Assembly (NCBI GenBank): GCA_038245905.1
Contig: JBBRRY010000001.1
Coordinates: 192,001 to 256,000, forward strand
DNA from: Thermoanaerobaculia bacterium
GTDB lineage: Bacteria; Acidobacteriota; Thermoanaerobaculia; UBA5066
DNA: 64,000 nucleotides
Reading direction: 5' to 3'
Shown one piece after another: positions 1 through 9,909 of this stretch. The notes under the pieces are model-generated. The model did no database searches. It was not told the DNA's origin and saw only the letters and a program-made list of their open reading frames with translations. Numbering within the stretch: position 1 is the first letter of the stretch; each line of letters starts with the position of its first letter. Position numbers and translations under genes: made by a program.

Positions 1-429
1 TGGAAAATCGCGAAGGGCCCGCACCTCGCGCTGCTCGCTGCGGCGGACGTCGTTCTGGTGGCGTCCGGGACCGCGACCGTGGAGGGACTTCTCGCGCGCG
101 CTCCCATGGTCGTCGTCTACCGCGTGCACCCCCTGACATTCTGGCTCGCGCGCCGGATCGTGAAGGTCCCGTTCGTGGCGATGGCGAATCTCGTGAGTGA
201 CGACCGCTCGGGGATCGGAGCGGTGCCGGAGCTGCTACAGGGTGACGCTACCCCCGAGCGAATCGCGTTCGAAGCCGCCCGGTTTCTGGACGATCCCGGC
301 CTCTCCGCACGGACACGCGCGCGCCTGGCGCGCGGTCTGGAGGAACTGGGGCCTCCCGGGGCGCCGGGCCGGACGGCCGATGCGGTTCTCGCCGCACTCC
401 GGCCGGCCGGCACGGGGAGTCTCGCGTGA
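1..429 (+). CDS. lpxB: Lipid-A-disaccharide synthase, C-terminal part (5' truncated by window edge)
   Basis: ASGTATVE..PMVVVY..MANL..VPELLQ motifs; abuts msbA. Confidence 0.9.
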   Translation, partial: WKIAKGPHLALLAAADVVLVASGTATVEGLLARAPMVVVYRVHPLTFWLARRIVKVPFVAMANLVSDDRSGIGAVPELLQGDATPERIAFEAARFLDDPGLSARTRARLARGLEELGPPGAPGRTADAVLAALRPAGTGSLA

Positions 430-2342
430 AGGATTTCCGGCGGCTCCTCGTGCTTTTCCGCCCGCACGGCGCCGCAGCGTTGGCGGCGGTGCTCGCGATG
501 GTCGGCGTCGCCGTCTTCACGGGCCTCGTGACGTATCTTTTCGGCCCGCTGTTCGATCAGGTCCTCACCCCGGAGGCACGTACCGCCGTGATGGTCCACG
601 CTGGCGAAACGCCCGGCCTCGGATCCGTCGTGGGCGAGAAGTCCGTCGTGCGGCGCACCGCGATCGCCAAAGGCTTCGATGCCGGTCTCGCGTCGTTCAC
701 CTCCTTTCTCGAGTCTTTTCTCGGCGTCAAGCCGGGGGCGCGCGTCTTCGTCCTGCCGCTCCTTCTTTTCGCCGCTTTCGTCCTCAAGAACCTCTGCGCA
801 TTTGTCGCAGAGTACCGGTTCAACGCCGTCGGGCTCGCGTTCGTCCGGGACCTTCGGAAGACCCTCTACGAGAAAATCCTCGGCCAATCAGGGGCGTTCC
901 TCGCCCAGAACCCTTCCGGGGACCTCATCGCACGCGTCACCGGCGACGTCGACCGCATCCAGAGCCTCTTCGGAACCGATCTCGCGGACCTCGTCCAGTC
1001 CCTCGCGACCCTCGCGGTTCTCGTCGTCGTCGTCGTCTCGCTCTCGCCGCAGCTGACGCTCGTCGCGCTCCTCATCACCCCCGCCATCGTCGTCCCGGTG
1101 ATCCTCATCGCGAAGCGGCTGCGCGTCCTCTCGCGCGCAGCGCGCGAACGGATGGGCGACCTCACGGGCGTCCTGTCGGAGACGATCCGCGGGGCGCGCG
1201 TCGTCCAAGCGTATGGAGCCGAAAAGTGGGAAAGCGAGCGCTTCTCGGACGTGAACGACCGGACGTTCCGTCTTGCGCGCAAGGGGGCACGCGTCATGGC
1301 GTTTGCCTCGCCTCTCGTCGAAACGGCCTCCGTCCTCGCGTTCCTGCTTCTCCTCGCATATGCGACGACGCGCATCGCGGCCGGGAAAATGACGCTCGGC
1401 ACGTTCATCTCCTACGGCGTCGGCCTCGCGATGATGTATCAGCCCTTCAAGCGGGCGACCCGGACGAACCTGGCTCTCCAGCAGGCGCTTGCATCCGCCC
1501 GCCGCCTCTTCGAGGTTCTCGACGCTCCGAACGACGTCGCGGACGCGCCCGGAGCGCGGCCGCTCGCGCCATTTGGACGGGAGATTCGTTTCGAGAACGT
1601 GTCGTTCTCTTATGGAGGCGATATCCGCGTCCTCGCGGACGTCGATCTCGTCCTCCCGCACGGTTCGGTCACGGCGCTGGTCGGGCCGTCCGGCGGCGGC
1701 AAGTCGACGCTCGTGAGCCTCCTGCCGCGCTTCATGGACCCCACGGCAGGCCGCGTGCTCGTGGACGGGACCGACGTGAGAGGGGCGACGCTCGCGTCGC
1801 TGCGCGCCCAGATCGGCCTCGTGACGCAGGAGACGATCCTCTTCGACGAGAGCATCCGGCGAAACGTGGCTTACGGGCGTCCCGACGCCTCGGACGGCGA
1901 CGTCTGCGCAGCCCTCGCGGCGGCGAACGCGCTCGCCTTCGTGGACGCGCTTCCCGCCGGGATCGACACGCGGGTGGGCGAGGCCGGCGCCCGCCTTTCG
2001 GGCGGACAGCGTCAGCGGCTCGCGATCGCGCGCGCACTCCTGAAGAACGCCCCGATCCTCGTCCTCGACGAGGCGACGTCGGCGCTCGACGCCGAAAGCG
2101 AGCGGGCCGTCCAGGAGGCCCTCGAGCGGCTGATGGCGGGACGAACCGTCCTCGTCATCGCGCACCGGCTTTCTACCGTTCGAAGAGCCGACCAGCTCGT
2201 CGTCCTCGACGCCGGGCGGATCGTGGAGCGCGGGAGGCACGCGGAGCTGCTCGCGGCCGAGGGGATGTATCGTCGCCTTCACGACCTGCAGGTTTTCGAA
2301 GCGTCGGGCAGCGCGCCGGGGGCGGGGAGCAACGCACCATGA
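426..2342 (+). CDS. msbA: Lipid A flippase, ABC exporter (TMD + NBD)
   Basis: Walker A GPSGGGKS, LSGGQRQR, LDEATSALD; N-terminal TM helices; follows lpxB. Confidence 0.85.
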   Translation: MKDFRRLLVLFRPHGAAALAAVLAMVGVAVFTGLVTYLFGPLFDQVLTPEARTAVMVHAGETPGLGSVVGEKSVVRRTAIAKGFDAGLASFTSFLESFLGVKPGARVFVLPLLLFAAFVLKNLCAFVAEYRFNAVGLAFVRDLRKTLYEKILGQSGAFLAQNPSGDLIARVTGDVDRIQSLFGTDLADLVQSLATLAVLVVVVVSLSPQLTLVALLITPAIVVPVILIAKRLRVLSRAARERMGDLTGVLSETIRGARVVQAYGAEKWESERFSDVNDRTFRLARKGARVMAFASPLVETASVLAFLLLLAYATTRIAAGKMTLGTFISYGVGLAMMYQPFKRATRTNLALQQALASARRLFEVLDAPNDVADAPGARPLAPFGREIRFENVSFSYGGDIRVLADVDLVLPHGSVTALVGPSGGGKSTLVSLLPRFMDPTAGRVLVDGTDVRGATLASLRAQIGLVTQETILFDESIRRNVAYGRPDASDGDVCAALAAANALAFVDALPAGIDTRVGEAGARLSGGQRQRLAIARALLKNAPILVLDEATSALDAESERAVQEALERLMAGRTVLVIAHRLSTVRRADQLVVLDAGRIVERGRHAELLAAEGMYRRLHDLQVFEASGSAPGAGSNAP

Positions 2343-3229
2343 AATCCATGACCGGATTCGGCCGCGCGGCGGGAACGCTTCCCGACGGGACGGAGGTCTC
2401 AGTCGTCATCCGAGGCGTAAACCACCGTTTTCTCGATCTCTCGATCAAGCTGCGAGACGAGTACACCTCCGCCGAGCCGGCGATCCGGAAGGCTGTCGGT
2501 GCCATCACGGCCCGCGGTCACATCGACGTCATGATCCGGACGACGCGGCCTCCGGGCGTCGCGGGCGCGGCGCCCGCGGCGCGTCTCGACATGGACGCGG
2601 CGGAGCGTTATGCGAGGTTCTGGAAGGAAGATGCTTCGAAAAGGGGTTTGCCGGCGGATCTCTCACCGAGAGACCTTCTCGCGCTGCCCGGCGTCGTGCG
2701 CTCGGACGATGCGGCGGCCGAGCCGGATTCCTCCTTCGAAGAATCTCTCGTTTCCGTGGTCGAAAAGGCTCTTCGCGATTTCGACGGGACCCGCTCACGG
2801 GAAGGCGCGTCTCTTTCTCTTACCTTCAAAGAGATTCTTGGACGAATCGAATCTGGCGTGGCGCTCCTCGACGCAGCACGGGCGGGGATCTGCGAGCGCA
2901 TCGCGGCGACCCTTCGCGAGCGCATCGCGAAGCTTGCCGCGGGCGTGGCGCTCGACGAGTCCCGGCTCGTCCAGGAGGTGGCCCTTCTCGCCGACCGCGC
3001 CGACATCACGGAGGAGATCGACCGCCTCAAGACCCACCTCGTCGAGCTGCGGCGTCTTCTCGCCGCGGGGGGGGCCGTCGGCCGCCGCCTCGACCATCTC
3101 GTGCAGGAGATTCACCGCGAGGTGAACACCTCCGGATCCAAGGTACGGGAGACGGGCGCCACGCGGCTCGTCCTCGACCTCAAGACCGATCTCGAAGCCT
3201 TCAAGGAACAGGTCCAGAACGTCGAATGA
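2339..3229 (+). CDS. yicC: YicC/YloC family endoribonuclease
   Basis: MKSMTGFG, VNHRFLD, DITEEIDRL, REVNTSGSK, KEQVQNVE; ATG overlaps msbA stop; upstream of gmk. Confidence 0.92.
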   Translation: MKSMTGFGRAAGTLPDGTEVSVVIRGVNHRFLDLSIKLRDEYTSAEPAIRKAVGAITARGHIDVMIRTTRPPGVAGAAPAARLDMDAAERYARFWKEDASKRGLPADLSPRDLLALPGVVRSDDAAAEPDSSFEESLVSVVEKALRDFDGTRSREGASLSLTFKEILGRIESGVALLDAARAGICERIAATLRERIAKLAAGVALDESRLVQEVALLADRADITEEIDRLKTHLVELRRLLAAGGAVGRRLDHLVQEIHREVNTSGSKVRETGATRLVLDLKTDLEAFKEQVQNVE

Positions 3230-3239
3230 GAGGATTGCA

Positions 3240-3863
3240 ATGAGCCGAGGCGACCTCTTCATCGTTTCCTCGCCTTCGGGGGCGGGAAAGACGACCTTGA
3301 TCCACCGCGTTCTCCAGGACCCGCGGATCGGGGGCTCCCTCTACTTCTCGGTTTCTCACACGACGCGGCTTCCGCGGGCCGGAGAGCGCACGGGAGTGGA
3401 ATACCACTTCGTCGACGAGAATGCGTTCCGCGCGATCGAGGCACGCGGCGGGTTTCTGGAGTGGGCGGCCGTCCACGGCAACCTCTACGGCACCTCCCGC
3501 GAAGAGGTCGAGCCGCGCCTCGAGAGCGGAATCGACGTCCTGCTCGACATCGACGTCCAGGGAGCGCGCCAGGTGCGTTCTCACGTGCCGGATGCCGTCA
3601 AGGTGATCGTCTTCCCGCCGTCGCGCGAGGTCCTCGAGAAACGGCTCAAGGCTCGGGGGTCCGACGCCCCGGACGTCGTTCTCCGCCGGCTCGCCGCGGC
3701 CCGGAAAGAGATGGAGGAATGGGGCGAATTCGACTATGCGATAATCAACGAGGATCTGGAGGCTGCGGTGGACGAGCTTCGCTCGATCCTCGTGGCGCGG
3801 CGGGCGGGCAAGGGCCGCCGGCGCGAACGCCTCGAATCGATCCTCAGAACATTCGCGCCCTGA
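3240..3863 (+). CDS. gmk: Guanylate kinase
   Basis: SPSGAGKTT, SHTTR, YGT, DIDVQGA. Confidence 0.96.
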   Translation: MSRGDLFIVSSPSGAGKTTLIHRVLQDPRIGGSLYFSVSHTTRLPRAGERTGVEYHFVDENAFRAIEARGGFLEWAAVHGNLYGTSREEVEPRLESGIDVLLDIDVQGARQVRSHVPDAVKVIVFPPSREVLEKRLKARGSDAPDVVLRRLAAARKEMEEWGEFDYAIINEDLEAAVDELRSILVARRAGKGRRRERLESILRTFAP

Positions 3864-3887
3864 ATTTTCACGGAGGACAACCTCTTC

Positions 3888-4118
3888 ATGTCGCAGCTAC
3901 CTCCTAACGTCGAGTCGAAGTTTCGCCTCGTTCACATCGCCGCCCGCCGGGCCGAGCAGCTCGTTCAGGGCGCGCGTCCCAAGATCGACAGCAAACATGC
4001 GAAGGTCACGCGCGTCGCGCTCGAAGAGGTGAACCTCGACCTCGTGCGCTGGCAGCTTTCGTCCCCAGAACCGGCCGCCGAAGAGATCCCGGCCGTCGAC
4101 CTGCTCCCGACCGAGTGA
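3888..4118 (+). CDS. rpoZ: RNA polymerase omega subunit
   Basis: SKFRLVHIAARRAEQL..ALEE; follows gmk. Confidence 0.92.
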   Translation: MSQLPPNVESKFRLVHIAARRAEQLVQGARPKIDSKHAKVTRVALEEVNLDLVRWQLSSPEPAAEEIPAVDLLPTE

Positions 4119-4125
4119 TCTTCGG

Positions 4126-4863
4126 GTGACCCCCGCGCGGCCCCCCGGCTCCGACGCGCTCCGGGAAACCCTCGCCTACTATCTCGACCTCGGCGTGGCG
4201 GAGCTGTACCTCGACGCAGGGTCCGAAGAGCACCGGGAGGAAGAGATTCCTTTGGTAGTGAATAGCGGAGGGGAGGAAGCCGCAGCGCTCCTGGGGCCCC
4301 TCGCTCTTGAAGTCTCCACCTGCGTCACGTGCCGGCTGTGCAAAACCCGCAAGCAGACCGTGTTCGCCGATGGTTCGCCCGCCGCCCGGATCATGTTCAT
4401 CGGCGAGGCGCCGGGGGCCGACGAGGACGCGCAAGGCGTGCCGTTCGTGGGGCGCGCGGGCCAGCTTCTCACGCGGATGATCGAGGACGGCATGGGGCTG
4501 CCTCGCTCGTCCGTCTACATCGCGAACGTCCTGAAGTGCCGTCCGCCCGAGAACCGGAACCCGGAGCCCGACGAGATCGCCGCATGCCGCGGCTACCTCG
4601 AGCGACAGATCGACCTCGTGAAGCCAGAGGTGCTCGTCGCCCTCGGCAAGTTCGCCGCGCACTTCCTGCTGGAAACCGAGGAGGGCATCACGCGCCTTCG
4701 CGGTAAGTGGGGGAGCTATCGCGGCATTCCGGTGATGCCAACTCTCCATCCGTCCTACCTCCTCCGCCAACCGGCCCAGAAGAAGGAGTCGTGGGAGGAT
4801 CTGCTTGCGGTGCTCGCAAGGCTCGGGATCGACGCACCTGCACGCAGGGAGAAGCAGCCGTGA
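4126..4863 (+). CDS. Uracil-DNA glycosylase family 4 (Fe-S type)
   Basis: CxxCx[31 protein letters not shown]. Confidence 0.93.
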   Translation: MTPARPPGSDALRETLAYYLDLGVAELYLDAGSEEHREEEIPLVVNSGGEEAAALLGPLALEVSTCVTCRLCKTRKQTVFADGSPAARIMFIGEAPGADEDAQGVPFVGRAGQLLTRMIEDGMGLPRSSVYIANVLKCRPPENRNPEPDEIAACRGYLERQIDLVKPEVLVALGKFAAHFLLETEEGITRLRGKWGSYRGIPVMPTLHPSYLLRQPAQKKESWEDLLAVLARLGIDAPARREKQP

Positions 4864-5519
4864 CCGCTCGCATTCGCTACGTCCTCTTCGTCCTCGCCGT
4901 CGCCGTCGCGACCGCCTCCGCCGCCTTCTTCCTGACGAGGCGGGTCCCGAAGCCCGTGAAGCCCCTCGCGAAGGCGCCGAATGCCGAAGAGCGTGGCCTC
5001 GACGCGTCGGGCCGGACGAAGGCCGAACGGCTCGCCATCGAACAGTCGCTCGAGACCTTCAAGAAAGACGGGCTCCTCGTGAGGGCGGCCGAGGACGCCG
5101 ATTCGGCGGGATCGGACGAACACCGCGATCTCGAGGAGGTCTACGGGGGTTATCACCCGTTCTTCGTCCGCGGAGATCTCGACGGCGATGGCCGGCTGGA
5201 CTTCGCGCAGGCGTTCGTCGAAAAGGGATCCGGCGGCCCCTGGTTCCACGTGGCAGTCTTCTTCGGCGCGGGGAACGGCACGTTCCAGCAGCCGATCTGG
5301 GCCGAGCGCGCGATCTCGCTCAGTGCCGGCGACCTCACGATCGAGCGCTCACTCCTGATCGTCACGCCCGACCTCGGGCTGGATTCGACGCGCCGCTGGC
5401 GCTGGGAGCGAGGGGAAAAGCGATTCGTCGACGCCGACGAAGCGTCCCGGCGGAGCGGCGCGACGGAGGACGACGTGCCCGACGAAACTCCCGAACAGAA
5501 GCCGAGGGCGCGCGTCTGA
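4860..5519 (+). CDS. Hypothetical membrane-anchored/exported protein with a DxDxDG loop
   Basis: GTG overlaps udg stop; N-terminal hydrophobic helix; GDLDGDGRLD. Confidence 0.65.
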   Translation: MTARIRYVLFVLAVAVATASAAFFLTRRVPKPVKPLAKAPNAEERGLDASGRTKAERLAIEQSLETFKKDGLLVRAAEDADSAGSDEHRDLEEVYGGYHPFFVRGDLDGDGRLDFAQAFVEKGSGGPWFHVAVFFGAGNGTFQQPIWAERAISLSAGDLTIERSLLIVTPDLGLDSTRRWRWERGEKRFVDADEASRRSGATEDDVPDETPEQKPRARV

Positions 5520-7918
5520 CGCGCGTCGCGCTTCTCCTTCCCAACCACTTTCCCGGACTGCCGACTTACCGGGTACCGGAGGATGTCGGGCCGCTGATCC
5601 CGGGCGCGCGGGTCGCCGCGCCGTTCGGGAGCGCTCTCGCAACCGGCCTCGTCGCATCGCTGGACCCGCCGCCCGCCCCCGAGGGCACGGTGGAGCGCGA
5701 CGTAGTGGCCGCGCTCGACGACGCGCCGTTTCTCCCGGAGTCTCTCGTCGCGGTTCTCGTCCGGGCGGCCTCCTACTATCTCGTCCCGCCAGGCGAGCTC
5801 CTCCGCGCGGCAGTCCCCGCCCGCCTCCTCGCGGCGGGCGAAGCGGTTTACGTGCCGGCGTCCGGCGCCGTCGGCGCGGAAACCGAAGGCCTTGCCGGAG
5901 AGATTCTCGCCGTGCTTCTCGAGAAGGGAGAGGCCCGCCTTCGCGATCTCGTGGAACGCGTCGGGCGAAAGGGCCTCACGACGGCGCTCAAGCAGCTCGT
6001 CGCCGGGGGGCTCGCGAGGATCCGCTCCGAGAGCCTCCGCGCGGGCGCGGCTCCGTCCGACCGGGCCTGGGTCGCGCGCCCCGCCCCGTCCGATCACCCC
6101 GCCTTCTCGCGCGCGCCGAAGCGCCGCGCCCTCCATGCCAGGCTCCTCGCGCTCGGCCGGCCCGCCTCGATCGCGGAACTGCGTGAATCCGGCGGCACCG
6201 CTGCCGTGCTCTCCGCGCTCGCGAAAGCGGGACTCGTCTCTCTCGTCGAGACCGAGCGCCGCGCGGACATCTCGCGGCACGTCGGAAGCGCCGGCCAGGA
6301 CCGCAGGCCCGTCCCCACCGAAGCTCAGCGGGCTGCGATCGACGCGATCTCCGGGAGCGTTCTTGCGCGGGCGTCGAGGGAGTTTCTCCTCGACGGTGTG
6401 ACGGGCAGCGGCAAGACGGAGGTCTACCTCGCGGCGCTCGAGTCCGCGCGGGACGCGGGCAGGCGCGGGATCCTTCTCGTGCCGGAGATCGCGCTCGCTC
6501 CGGCCCTCGTGAGACGGCTCGTGGCGCGCTTCGGGGACCGGATCTCGCTCCTCCACAGCGGCCTCTCGGACGGCGAGCGCGCCGCCGAATGGGAGCGCGC
6601 GCGCCGGGGAGACGTCGACGCCGTCGTGGGCCCCCGCTCCGCCGTCTTCGCGCCTCTGCCCGATCTCGGCCTCATCGTCGTCGACGAGGCGCACGACGCC
6701 GCCTACAAACAGGGAGACTCGCCACGCTACGACGCCCGCGCCGTGGCCCGCGTCCGCGCTCACGAGGAAAAGGCCACGCTCGTCCTCGGCTCGGCAACGC
6801 CTTCGATGGAGCAGGAACGTTCCGCGCGCGAGGGACGTCTGCCGCGCCTCGCGCTCCCGGACCGTCCCGGAGCGCGCCCCCGGGCGAGAGTCGAGGTCGT
6901 CGATCTGCGGGAGGAGAAGGCTCAGGAAGGCGACCACGGACGCATTCTGCTGGCCGTTCGCACCGCGGAAATTCTCACGCAGTGCTTCGAACGAGGCGAG
7001 CAGGCCATTCTCCTCCTCAATCGCCGGGGGTTCTCGCCCAGCCTGCTCTGCCGGGCGTGCGGCGAGGATTTTCGCTGCGCGAACTGCTCGGTCGCCCGCA
7101 CCTACCATCGCCGTCACGAGCGCCTTTTGTGCCACTACTGCGGCGACGACATTCGCCGCCCTCCCGCCTGTCCGAAGTGCGGCGCGGACGCGCTCCAACC
7201 GATCGGCTTCGGGACGGAACGCCTGGCCGACAGGTTCCAGGAGCGCTTCCCGGGAATCTCCTATGCCGTCCTCGACCGCGACGCGGCTGCGCGGCGCGGC
7301 GGCGCCGCGGGAGTGCTGCAGGATTTCGAGGAGGGGCGCGCGCAGGCGCTTCTCGGGACGCAGATGGTCGCGAAAGGGCACGACTTTCCGAACGCGACGG
7401 CTCTGGCGGTCCTCGACGCCGACGCACTCCTTTCGTTTCCGGACTTCCGCTCGGCCGAGCGGACCTTTCAGCTCGTGACGCAGGCCGCGGGGCGCGTCGG
7501 GCGCGGGGAGAAGCCGGGTCTCGTCGCCGTCCAGACGTCCCGGCCCGATCACGAGGCGATTCGCGCCGCGGTCAGGCAGGATCATCCCGCGTTCGCCGAA
7601 GCCGAGCTGCGCTTTCGGAAAGCGTTCCGCTATCCGCCCTACACGCATCTCCTCCTCGCGCTCTTCGTGGACGTCGAGCTGTCGAAGGCTCATCACGCGG
7701 CGGGCGCCGCTTTCGCGGCCCTCGCGTCGGCGGAGGTGGCGCGGGAGATCCGCATGCTCGGGCCCGCGCCGGCGCCGCTCGAACGCCTGAAGGGCCTCTG
7801 GCGCTATCACCTGTTGATCAAAGCCGAGCGCCGCGAGGCGATCGCAGAGGCCGGCCACCTCCTCGCGGCGCTTCCGGATCCGCCGCGCCTCGACGTCGAC
7901 CCGCAGAACCTGCTTTAG
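5516..7918 (+). CDS. priA: Primosomal protein N' (replication restart helicase); start uncertain, probably CTG
   Basis: GVTGSGKTEVY, VPEIAL, DEAH, NRRGF, Cys-rich Zn region, GTQMVAKGHDFP. Confidence 0.93.
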   Translation: MTRVALLLPNHFPGLPTYRVPEDVGPLIPGARVAAPFGSALATGLVASLDPPPAPEGTVERDVVAALDDAPFLPESLVAVLVRAASYYLVPPGELLRAAVPARLLAAGEAVYVPASGAVGAETEGLAGEILAVLLEKGEARLRDLVERVGRKGLTTALKQLVAGGLARIRSESLRAGAAPSDRAWVARPAPSDHPAFSRAPKRRALHARLLALGRPASIAELRESGGTAAVLSALAKAGLVSLVETERRADISRHVGSAGQDRRPVPTEAQRAAIDAISGSVLARASREFLLDGVTGSGKTEVYLAALESARDAGRRGILLVPEIALAPALVRRLVARFGDRISLLHSGLSDGERAAEWERARRGDVDAVVGPRSAVFAPLPDLGLIVVDEAHDAAYKQGDSPRYDARAVARVRAHEEKATLVLGSATPSMEQERSAREGRLPRLALPDRPGARPRARVEVVDLREEKAQEGDHGRILLAVRTAEILTQCFERGEQAILLLNRRGFSPSLLCRACGEDFRCANCSVARTYHRRHERLLCHYCGDDIRRPPACPKCGADALQPIGFGTERLADRFQERFPGISYAVLDRDAAARRGGAAGVLQDFEEGRAQALLGTQMVAKGHDFPNATALAVLDADALLSFPDFRSAERTFQLVTQAAGRVGRGEKPGLVAVQTSRPDHEAIRAAVRQDHPAFAEAELRFRKAFRYPPYTHLLLALFVDVELSKAHHAAGAAFAALASAEVAREIRMLGPAPAPLERLKGLWRYHLLIKAERREAIAEAGHLLAALPDPPRLDVDPQNLL

Positions 7919-8877
7919 GGTCGGCGGAGCTCGAGGACGAGATAAGGATTCAAGGGAGTGCCGGCGAGCCACGTGAAGCCCGGCACGGACGTGAGCGCGT
8001 AGAAGGCCGCCATCGGCGCGCGAAACACCCGTCCGTACCAGTGCGCGCCCACCTGGTTGAAACGCAGACGGTGATGCGGCGAGCGGGCGGAGACGTGGAG
8101 AAAGGGATCCAGGCGCGCCGCGAGCCGGCGGATCTCTCTCACGTTTGGAAGAAATCCTTCGAAGGGGGAATGCCAACGGGCGCCGCCTGCCGTCGGTCCG
8201 TGCCAGAAGTCGACCGGAAAGGCCCCGTTCGGAAAGTCGAGGTAGAGCGCGCCCCCCGGCCTGATCACTCGCGCGAGGCCCGCGAGGAACGCCTCGCGCC
8301 GCGCGTCACGATCCGGGAGCGGCGAGACTTCATAGACCCCGGGCCCGCCACGCTCGTCGACACCGACGTGTTCGAGGACGCCGGACGAGATCACGGCGTC
8401 GAAAAACGCGTCCGGAAAGGGGAGCCTGAGCCCGTCCGCCACAACGAGTCGCTCACGGTGAGCGCGTGCCCGCCACTGCCACTTGCGAAACGACGACAGG
8501 TCATGCCCCCAAGCGTCGAACCCCGCCTCCGAGAGCGTGTCGACCGCCTCGCCGTTCCCGCACCCAGAGTCGAGGACGCGTCGCGCGCCCGTCGAGCGCA
8601 GGAGTGGCAGGTAGTAGTCCTCGATGCGGCGGCCCGCGGTCTCGTTCTCGTATCCGCGGAGCGCCTCTTCGGAAAGGCAGGTGGGGTCCGGGTGGTCGTC
8701 GAAGTACTGCCGTTCGGAAAAATCGGCGATCCCGTCGTCGACGGGGTAGACCTTTCCGCACGCACGGCAGGAGAGAGACGAGGAGCCGGAGAAAGGAGAA
8801 GATTCTTCGAATGTTCCTAAGCAACGGGGGCAGACGAGCGCTTCGGGCGAACGAGCCTCTTCCTCTTCTCTTTCCAC
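7915..8877 (-). CDS. Class I SAM-dependent methyltransferase with N-terminal Trm112-like Zn ribbon (start approximate)
   Basis: CPRC..CRACGKVYPVDDGI; VLDSGCGNG; LPFPDAFFD; VLEHV; VIRPGG. Confidence 0.8.
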   Translation of the reverse strand: MEREEEEARSPEALVCPRCLGTFEESSPFSGSSSLSCRACGKVYPVDDGIADFSERQYFDDHPDPTCLSEEALRGYENETAGRRIEDYYLPLLRSTGARRVLDSGCGNGEAVDTLSEAGFDAWGHDLSSFRKWQWRARAHRERLVVADGLRLPFPDAFFDAVISSGVLEHVGVDERGGPGVYEVSPLPDRDARREAFLAGLARVIRPGGALYLDFPNGAFPVDFWHGPTAGGARWHSPFEGFLPNVREIRRLAARLDPFLHVSARSPHHRLRFNQVGAHWYGRVFRAPMAAFYALTSVPGFTWLAGTPLNPYLVLELRRP

Positions 8878-8958
8878 TCGAAGAAATCTCTCTTCGAAGC
8901 TTGCCTCGGACGCGCCTCGCTGTCGAGAGACTCGCGGGAGGTCTGCTACAGTCTCTTC

Positions 8959-9909
8959 ATGGCGAACGAGGCGAGATTCGAGGAGCCAATCCAGCGTGTC
9001 CGGAGGCGTCTGGACGAGCTGAAGGGCTTCGCGGAGTCCCCGGCCAGGGATCGGGAGGTCGAGAAGCTCGAAGGAAAGCTCAAGAAGCTTTCCCGCGAGG
9101 TCTACGAGAACCTGACGCCCTGGCAGAAGACGCTGGTCGCGCGGCATCCGAACCGTCCGTTCACGCTCGACTACGTGCGGGTCCTGGTTCGCGATTTCGT
9201 GGAGTGGCACGGCGACCGCGCCTTCGCCGACGACCCGGCGATCGTGGCGGGCTTCGGATTTCTGGGCGCGCGCGCCGTGGCCGTGATCGGTCACCAGAAG
9301 GGCCGCGACACCAAGGAGAAGATCCGGCGTAATTTCGGGATGCCGCGCCCGGAGGGTTATCGCAAGGCGCTTCGGGTCATGAAGCTGGCCGAGAAATTCC
9401 GCCGGCCCGTCCTCACGTTCATCGACACCCCAGGGGCGTTTCCGGGCCTCGAGAGCGAGGAGCGGGGCGTCTCGGAGGCCATCGCGCGGAATCTCCTCGA
9501 GATGTCCGCTCTCGCAACCCCGATCGTCACGACGGTCATCGGCGAGGGCGGCTCCGGTGGCGCGCTTGGGATCGGAATCGCCGACGCCGTTCTCATGCTC
9601 GAGCACTCCGTGTACTCGGTGATCTCGCCCGAGGGGTGCGCCGCGATTCTCTGGAAGGATCAGTCGCGCGCCCAGGAGGCCGCGGAGGCCCTTCGTCTGA
9701 CGGCCGCGGACTGCAAGGCGCTGGGCGTCATCGACGAGATCCTGCCCGAGCCGTCGGGTGGCGCCCATGCCGACCCGGTCGCGGTCATCGACACGGTCGG
9801 GCGCGCGCTCGAAGAACGCCTCGAACGCCTCGCGCAGGTCTCTCTCGAAATGCTCCTTGAGGCGCGCTACGCGAAATTCCGCGCGATGGGGGCCTGGGAG
9901 AACGCGTGA
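8959..9909 (+). CDS. accA: Acetyl-CoA carboxylase carboxyltransferase alpha
   Basis: GMPRPEGYRKA, DTPGA, GEGGSGGAL, YSVISPEGCAAILW. Confidence 0.97.
   Translation: MANEARFEEPIQRVRRRLDELKGFAESPARDREVEKLEGKLKKLSREVYENLTPWQKTLVARHPNRPFTLDYVRVLVRDFVEWHGDRAFADDPAIVAGFGFLGARAVAVIGHQKGRDTKEKIRRNFGMPRPEGYRKALRVMKLAEKFRRPVLTFIDTPGAFPGLESEERGVSEAIARNLLEMSALATPIVTTVIGEGGSGGALGIGIADAVLMLEHSVYSVISPEGCAAILWKDQSRAQEAAEALRLTAADCKALGVIDEILPEPSGGAHADPVAVIDTVGRALEERLERLAQVSLEMLLEARYAKFRAMGAWENA

Noticed and set aside
197-3229. Apparent long N-terminal fusions on yicC, priA, ahcY, proA, SLT and others in the ORF track
   Set aside because: The extensions overlap bona fide upstream genes; real starts are at coupled NTGA overlaps or SD/-10-supported codons.
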